Shown here in pieces: positions 34,401 through 39,091 of a stretch of DNA of 39,091 nt. Source of the stretch: a virus. The translations under genes were made by a program, and so were the position numbers. The DNA lies in IMG/VR virus record IMGVR_UViG_3300042923_001092, positions 1 through 39,091 of that record. One strand, 5' to 3'. The notes beneath the pieces were generated by a model. It was not told where the DNA came from and ran no database searches. It saw only the letters and a list, made by a program, of their open reading frames with translations. Every line of letters starts with the position of its first letter. The stretch's first letter is position 1.

Positions 34401-37088
34401 CATTGTGATGAAAATGCAACTGCAATTGATTTCAGAGTATTTTATTATGGTACAGACGATCACCCTATAACTTATTACACTAATATGTTATCTGTAATGT
34501 TAAAAGAAGATCAGCCAAAAGAGCTTGACTTTAGTTATATTTCCAATGGCGACTTTTTAAATTATGGCCAATCTGGAAGTAGTCCTGATGGGTGGTCACA
34601 TTTTAATGATGTTTCTTCGGCAATTGAAAATAGTAGCATGGGAAGTATAGGAAAAGCTTGGAAATTAACTTTGCCTATAGCACCGGCAGAACCAGTAATA
34701 ATTACACCAAGATTTTCAGCAGAACAGGGTGACAATTTAGAATTAAAATTTTTATATAAAACTACAGATCCATCCAATGGAATTATTGGTTGTGGCATAG
34801 AATATTTTGATATAAACAATAACTATATAGACTCCAACTTTAAAGATATTTCTATATCTGGAAATAATGTAACAAATGAAGTGTTAGCAAGATTTGATAT
34901 TAATTATAATTCTGCTTATTGTCATATTAAAATAGTTATTAAGAATTATAATTGCATATCTTGGTTTGAAAACATGACAGCACTGCCTTATATCAATATC
35001 GATGCTAATGAAAAGGTTGTAAATCCAAGATTTGAAGAAGGTTTATATGGCTGGAATCATTCTCCAAACGTATATATAGGGGACTCCATAAGAAACTTAG
35101 AAGGTGGATATAAAGAATTAATACCAAATTGTGCTATATGTAAAATAGATTCTATTTTGGACCCTGATACTACTTATACAGAACTAAGGCAAGAAGTATT
35201 TATAAACCAGTTGACAAACAATAGAATACATGTAAAACATAAAAGTAGATCTGTTAGCAAAACTCCAACTGGAAATATACCTTCAAGATGCGACATGGTA
35301 ATATCTTATATGGATAATACTTCAACTTATAATAATTTTGAACTTTCAGATGGGTCAATGTACAATGCAGAACCTTATTTAAAACTACCTTATGATAATT
35401 GGACTAATATAGATTTTTATATAGACCCTATAAAACCAGTTAAGTCTATAATTTTTATTTTTGCTACTGGTTTTGGACATGAAGGAACTTTATATGTTAA
35501 AAGCACTTCGATTGAAGAGATCACACAAGAACTACCGTTTAATGATATTGACCTTCAATTATCTGATTACAGTTTAGTTAATTTAAATTTAAGGGAATCT
35601 TTTTATAAAGAAATAAATGGAAGTGCTAAATTATTATATAATGGCAATCCAGTTTATGCTAAAAATAAAAATATAGATATTGAAATTTCTCCAGTTGCTT
35701 TTGACTATATATTTACAACTACAAATAAATTTGGTAAAGCTAAATTCAAATTTAATATTATTAATTTTGTTGGAATATTAACAGTCACTGCAAAATTAGG
35801 TGGAGTATCAGTATCTAAAACTATTACTGTAACAACCGGTACATTTAAATCAAAATTAAGAAATTTCTTAAGACCAAAACCTATTGGACTTCCAGATTCT
35901 ATAAGCAATATTTATTTAGAGGTAATTGCACAAAGGACTAAAAAACCTGTACAAAGAGTTCATGATAGAATAGGTACTTGGGAAGTATTTAGAAGATCAG
36001 TAGTAAGTCCTGCACAAACAGAAGATTATGATATACATTGGGCTGAAAACAGTTCAGAATATGCTTTTGTATATCCTAATTCTTTGTATATAGACTATTA
36101 TGATTATTTAAGTTTTTATCCATCTTATGGCGCAGCTACTGAAATAGCTGAAAAAAGAAGCGAATGGAGATGTGTTGAGCCAACTGGTATTTCTCAACCG
36201 TTTGGAGATGGAAGAAGTTATTATAATTGGAAAGACCCTGAATGTAGAGCATGGTTTGCAGGAAGAATGATACAACGTACTTCTGAAGTTACAAATTGGT
36301 CTGATGGAACTTATTTGGATGATTTTTGGGCTGAAAGTTATGAAGCTGATGGATTTGACTGGGGTGCTAAAGCATCATGGTTATTAAATTTTAGAACTAT
36401 TAAAGAAAGACTTGAAAATCAAGGAGAAGGGTTAAGGCTTACTGCAAAAGAATATCATAAATATGGTTTATATTTTACTTCTAATTATGGTGATTCTAGA
36501 AAAATTGATTATAGTAAGTCAGAACCAGATTTAGACGAAGGAAGTAAAACACTTGCTGATAAATTTGATGGTTATTTAAGAGAAGTTTGGTTTTATGGTG
36601 ATTTAAGGCCGCCAATTGAAGCTAGATTTCAAATATCTAAAGTAAGAGATGAAATTGAATTTTTAAGATATTGCAATAAAAATAATAAATTTGTTGCTTG
36701 TCTTGCTGGTCAGTTAATGCATGGTTATGATGCAAGAATATTTGCATTAGCAACTTTATTATTTGGAAAAGGTGATTATACTTATTTTGCTTGGAGAAGT
36801 TGGGACTTTAGTTATTGGCATTATGGAATGGCTAATCATCAAACTATCCTTCCGGAGCAAACAATTTACGTTGGAGAGCCTAAATCTGAATATGTGTATG
36901 ATAATGACGGATTTTTTAGTAGAGAATTTGATAATTGTATAGCTCTATTAAATGTAAATCCTAATGCAAATTCAAAAACTTATACATTACCAGATGGTGT
37001 ATGGTTTACTACTAGAGGCCAAATGTTTACTGGTTCTATTACTGTAACTTTTCAAAAAGCATATGTTTTAGTTAAAGAAAGACCATAA
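31452..37088 (+). CDS. 1878-aa multidomain tail/receptor-binding protein: CBM-like repeats, FN3/Ig-like domains and a C-terminal glycoside-hydrolase-like domain
   Basis: Repeated module starts LILNPNM, VMNPIF, LVNGTF, ISNGDF, VVNPRF. C-terminus DPECRAWF..DGTYLDD..DGYLRE..FALATLL..VGEP..GFFSREFDNCIALLN. Confidence 0.7.
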   Translation: MAGNLILNPNMLEVTDQNYDVLTSDCLDRTVQGKITDPKYYFYLGGCDFPDYPNGLPAGVTMSSFEYAGGELANDSVDNDPLISKSIMLDASNPLTNFGSIGKEHNPIYGGSGGVTQVVYIGQTEAKPFRFSCYCKCEDVVGNARVLFDVVGFDNTGSGTYLSYVSGTHDFQKLSELKTFSFPVKYAFLHFSVQNMSSGKAWFAKPLIEEIDMDLIVPDPDERVMNPIFVHTSNEVDTVAWETTNCERFEDIDLIYLNPYMGTMLKMTSGSSLQQNAIIVSDVSHAILNVKCTLRSFGHTVVKITLTERGRHRNKMNEVSRIYNISSDDIWRQIRLMTYSNVLIEKIDLKIEHISGDDILICNASITENTIPPSNISEDKVFTKIESDVEIPNLPNYDDTLSIKLENELSPKYLELNPNDEFNGVAYLTNGMIGKFVPYKELSGYSLYQNKKLTKIDDDSYYLTPWDPNIVELKTPDERLRNFLPAPHINETEDVVIEVDGHIKAGDRRYYCATAYNEFGESTKSNDVRYIIPDSYSDYNVINLEITPVKGATGYRIYMSKAYDNEDPNMPGDWAQYGADYVLWGENALLDTISHEQLRSNGYFYYDYGSNDDNMKPGTPSMTVNTAKFWYKDDAYQTVHLTSTYYSKYDIYAGCLIEDYIIQAIKYLPHKRKLYLATNKGVFESDDKYTNKLYKVLDSNLIHSMSYVESGLKYYTNANIGFLQTETNKYYLNYVTGVLTINDLNNTYISSSEIEVPDAILNGFSKYYDKFITHNKTNGTFIIFEENGTIDKILPFVITDFEKWDITGSILSVLMNDGVVKLFGIFAEEYYGRFNSLDTAYRGLHFPALCKPRLPDESVETDDHEALVNGTFTVWNGQKTSPEGFHIIYDTQSVVNLGQSDDVAIVNTKAHVYKTLVNSWGSIYKQDVEVDADSTYIISLYTKASIKSFGSLGVKVKNAQGQGEEIYYSFDCETEYEKRSFEIHCDENATAIDFRVFYYGTDDHPITYYTNMLSVMLKEDQPKELDFSYISNGDFLNYGQSGSSPDGWSHFNDVSSAIENSSMGSIGKAWKLTLPIAPAEPVIITPRFSAEQGDNLELKFLYKTTDPSNGIIGCGIEYFDINNNYIDSNFKDISISGNNVTNEVLARFDINYNSAYCHIKIVIKNYNCISWFENMTALPYINIDANEKVVNPRFEEGLYGWNHSPNVYIGDSIRNLEGGYKELIPNCAICKIDSILDPDTTYTELRQEVFINQLTNNRIHVKHKSRSVSKTPTGNIPSRCDMVISYMDNTSTYNNFELSDGSMYNAEPYLKLPYDNWTNIDFYIDPIKPVKSIIFIFATGFGHEGTLYVKSTSIEEITQELPFNDIDLQLSDYSLVNLNLRESFYKEINGSAKLLYNGNPVYAKNKNIDIEISPVAFDYIFTTTNKFGKAKFKFNIINFVGILTVTAKLGGVSVSKTITVTTGTFKSKLRNFLRPKPIGLPDSISNIYLEVIAQRTKKPVQRVHDRIGTWEVFRRSVVSPAQTEDYDIHWAENSSEYAFVYPNSLYIDYYDYLSFYPSYGAATEIAEKRSEWRCVEPTGISQPFGDGRSYYNWKDPECRAWFAGRMIQRTSEVTNWSDGTYLDDFWAESYEADGFDWGAKASWLLNFRTIKERLENQGEGLRLTAKEYHKYGLYFTSNYGDSRKIDYSKSEPDLDEGSKTLADKFDGYLREVWFYGDLRPPIEARFQISKVRDEIEFLRYCNKNNKFVACLAGQLMHGYDARIFALATLLFGKGDYTYFAWRSWDFSYWHYGMANHQTILPEQTIYVGEPKSEYVYDNDGFFSREFDNCIALLNVNPNANSKTYTLPDGVWFTTRGQMFTGSITVTFQKAYVLVKERP

Positions 37089-37098
37089 GGAGGAATAT

Positions 37099-37614
37099 AT
37101 GTCAACTATAAAAATGTTTACTCCAGGAGAAATTCAAAGAATTGAAGTTAATTCTAATAAGAGTTATATAATACATGGTAAAGCTGTAGTAGATCAAGAT
37201 TTTACTCATATATATACAAAAGAAGAAGATTTATTACCTCATGATGGTTTATTACCTTATGACGGCGTATATCCAGCTTATAAAGTAATTTTATTTAATG
37301 CAAATAATCAAATTATAAGAACTGATTTAACACTTTTAGGAGCAGGAGTTGGAGTTTATGATATGCTTCATAAACTCACAATAACTGCAAGTACAAAATA
37401 TATAGAAATAGAAACAGTTAACTGCGATATAGTTGAACTTTATTATAATGAAGTCAACTTATCCGGAATTATATACAAAGGTAATAGCGGATTAAGATTT
37501 AAAGAAAATAATTACTATCAAAATATAATCAATGCTTGGTGTAAGATCGATGGAACTTGGAGAATGATAAGATATATTTACTTAAAGCAAAAAAGAGAAT
37601 ATAAACAGCTTTAA
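37099..37614 (+). CDS. Tail fibre-associated protein
   Basis: LLPHDG-LLPYDG-VYP repeat and C-terminal AWCKIDGTWR; AAGGAGG RBS. Confidence 0.6.
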   Translation: MSTIKMFTPGEIQRIEVNSNKSYIIHGKAVVDQDFTHIYTKEEDLLPHDGLLPYDGVYPAYKVILFNANNQIIRTDLTLLGAGVGVYDMLHKLTITASTKYIEIETVNCDIVELYYNEVNLSGIIYKGNSGLRFKENNYYQNIINAWCKIDGTWRMIRYIYLKQKREYKQL

Positions 37615-37615
37615 T

Positions 37616-37732
37616 TGGAATAAATTTACTAATGTTTAAATAGACGTAATTAGTATTTATACTGCTGAATCTGGAATTAGTCTGATTATTAATTTCAATT
37701 AAATATTAATATTTATGAGTAAATTTATTCCA
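37616..37732. repeat. Perfect 15-bp inverted repeat enclosing the intergenic region before the lysis genes
   Basis: TGGAATAAATTTACT (37616-37630) / AGTAAATTTATTCCA (37718-37732). Confidence 0.8.
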
Positions 37733-37750
37733 TGAGAGGAGTATAAATGG

Positions 37751-38188
37751 ATGGCGGAAGAATTTATAAGTAGCGACTTTTGCAAAGGTTGCAAAGAAGG
37801 ATTCGATAAGCAGATTGAGGAGCTTAAAAGAGTGACTGAAAAAAGATTAGATGCTCATTCTGCTGATATAGCAGGGCTTAAATTATTATCCGAAAGATTA
37901 ACAGTTGTTTCAGAACAAAATACAGAATTATTAAAAGAATTAAGAGACAGGACAAATGAAGATGTTAAAGAATTAAGGGCTGAAATAAAAGAATTTATGA
38001 AAAAAAGTCCAGAACCTACAAAATCAGAAAAGAAAGAGACATTTTGGAACTCTGAAGCTGGAAAACAATTACCCAAATGGGTAGCTATAGCTTTTATTAT
38101 TATTGTAATTTTTATTGTGGCAGCATTAGTTGGAACTAACCTTGTAGAATTCATAAAAGAATCCAAAAGTATTGTTCCAACTAGTTAA
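37751..38188 (+). CDS. Coiled-coil protein with one C-terminal TM helix (XhlA/holin-like lysis protein)
   Basis: Coiled coil followed by WVAIAFIIIVIFIVAALVG; immediately upstream of the endolysin. Confidence 0.55.
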   Translation: MAEEFISSDFCKGCKEGFDKQIEELKRVTEKRLDAHSADIAGLKLLSERLTVVSEQNTELLKELRDRTNEDVKELRAEIKEFMKKSPEPTKSEKKETFWNSEAGKQLPKWVAIAFIIIVIFIVAALVGTNLVEFIKESKSIVPTS

Positions 38189-38247
38189 TATTATAAAGCT
38201 GTAAAATGTTACTAGAAATGGTTCTAATGCGCTAAGGAGGTATGTAT

Positions 38248-38988
38248 ATGGCAATTAAAATTGGTCACGCTTCAATTGATGAAAACGGCAAAGTTTCCGG
38301 CGGTAAGGTAGGAGATCAAACTAAAAAAGAGATATGTACAAGACTTTGGTACAATAAGCCTTGGAATGTATATCTTGTTTGTACTGACGAAAAAATAGCT
38401 AATATAGCAGCAACATTTATGGAGCAAATTTGTGCTGATGAAAATTATGGATATGATCAGGGAGAAAGACTTACTGGTTATAATTCTATAATTAAAAATG
38501 GTGGAAAGGTAAAAGGTGGTAAAGGTGAGTTTGATTGTTCGTCTCTCATTTCTGCTTGCTATATTTTTGCTGGACTTAAATTATCACCAGCATGTACAAC
38601 GCGTTCATTAAAAGCTGCATTACTTGCAACAGGCAAATTTATTGCTTATACTGAAAGCAAATATCTAACTAGTGACATTTATGCAAAACGTGGTGGAATT
38701 TATTTAAAAGAAGGAAGCCATGTAGTAATGGCGCTTGAAAATGCAGTTCAAAAGAAAAAGAATAATCCTTATGTTGAACCTAAAGATTCTGTAGAATTTG
38801 GTGAATTAGGTATTAGCGTAAGATGGGCACAATGGGAACTTAATTATGCCGGATTTGCTACAAAAGTAGATGGAGAATTTGGATCTAATACAGACAAACA
38901 AGTAAAAGCATTTCAAGAAAAATATAATCTTAAAATAGACGGCAAAGTTGGTCCTATAACAAGAGCTAAACTTAAAAGTTTAGTTTAA
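38248..38988 (+). CDS. Endolysin: NlpC/P60-like Cys-His catalytic domain plus PG_binding_1 domain
   Basis: YGYDQ..R, FDCSSLI, SHVVM; C-terminal VDGEFGSNT..VKAFQ...LKIDGKVGPIT. ATG 38248 is best spaced from AAGGAGG. Confidence 0.88.
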   Translation: MAIKIGHASIDENGKVSGGKVGDQTKKEICTRLWYNKPWNVYLVCTDEKIANIAATFMEQICADENYGYDQGERLTGYNSIIKNGGKVKGGKGEFDCSSLISACYIFAGLKLSPACTTRSLKAALLATGKFIAYTESKYLTSDIYAKRGGIYLKEGSHVVMALENAVQKKKNNPYVEPKDSVEFGELGISVRWAQWELNYAGFATKVDGEFGSNTDKQVKAFQEKYNLKIDGKVGPITRAKLKSLV

Positions 38989-39004
38989 GAAAGTGAGGAT
39001 AATT

Positions 39005-39091
39005 ATGGAACAGGTTATTTTTAATCATGCTATTGATATTGCAGCAGCGATTTTTCAAGCTATTATGCTTGGTATTATAGCATATGGATTT
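39005..39091 (+). CDS. Probable holin (partial, runs off the window)
   Basis: GAGGA RBS; hydrophobic MEQVIFNHAIDIAAAIFQAIMLGIIAYGF directly after the endolysin. Confidence 0.5.
   Translation, partial: MEQVIFNHAIDIAAAIFQAIMLGIIAYGF

Noticed and set aside
3309-35905. Isolated CTTATAGA / TCTATAAG half-sites in coding regions (3309, 14341, 27375, 33970, 35898)
   Set aside because: No complementary arm 52 nt away, so they were not counted as copies. The manual scan was not exhaustive.
31452-37614. Diversity-generating retroelement or invertible tail-fibre cassette
   Set aside because: No reverse transcriptase, invertase or duplicated template/variable repeat was seen in the window.
3512-38166. 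Numerous minus-strand and alternate-frame ORFs inside structural genes (e.g. 6991..7308, 11108..11560, 17091..17450, 20550..20915, 24664..25089)
   Set aside because: No RBS or promoter; their S/L/F/I-rich composition is what antisense reading of biased coding sequence produces.
1-39091. Stop-codon reassignment, tRNA genes, introns or inteins
   Set aside because: Genes are full length in the standard code and end in TAA, TAG and TGA. No cloverleaf or splicing motifs were recognised, and terL and portal are uninterrupted.

Overview
AT-rich tailed-phage DNA (free phage or prophage; no integrase or host genes in view), most likely from a Clostridia/Firmicutes-infecting myovirus, judging by strong AGGAGG RBSs and sigma-A-type promoters. 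About 1-3.5 kb holds small early-type genes driven by three near-identical promoters, a structured non-coding region and an MmcB-like nuclease. The rest is a complete + strand morphogenesis operon: putative small terminase, large terminase, portal, two accessory head genes, a double-protease/scaffold fusion, major capsid protein, neck, contractile sheath and tube, a chaperone with a -1 frameshift, tape measure, baseplate, a 1878-aa carbohydrate-binding/glycoside-hydrolase-like tail protein and the lysis cassette. The most unusual signals are three intergenic inverted repeats, each with an exactly 52-nt AT-rich spacer and covarying arms; two unrelated proteases fused in one head-maturation gene; and a ~120-aa insertion in the capsid protein. 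All family assignments come from motif recognition by eye, not from database searches.
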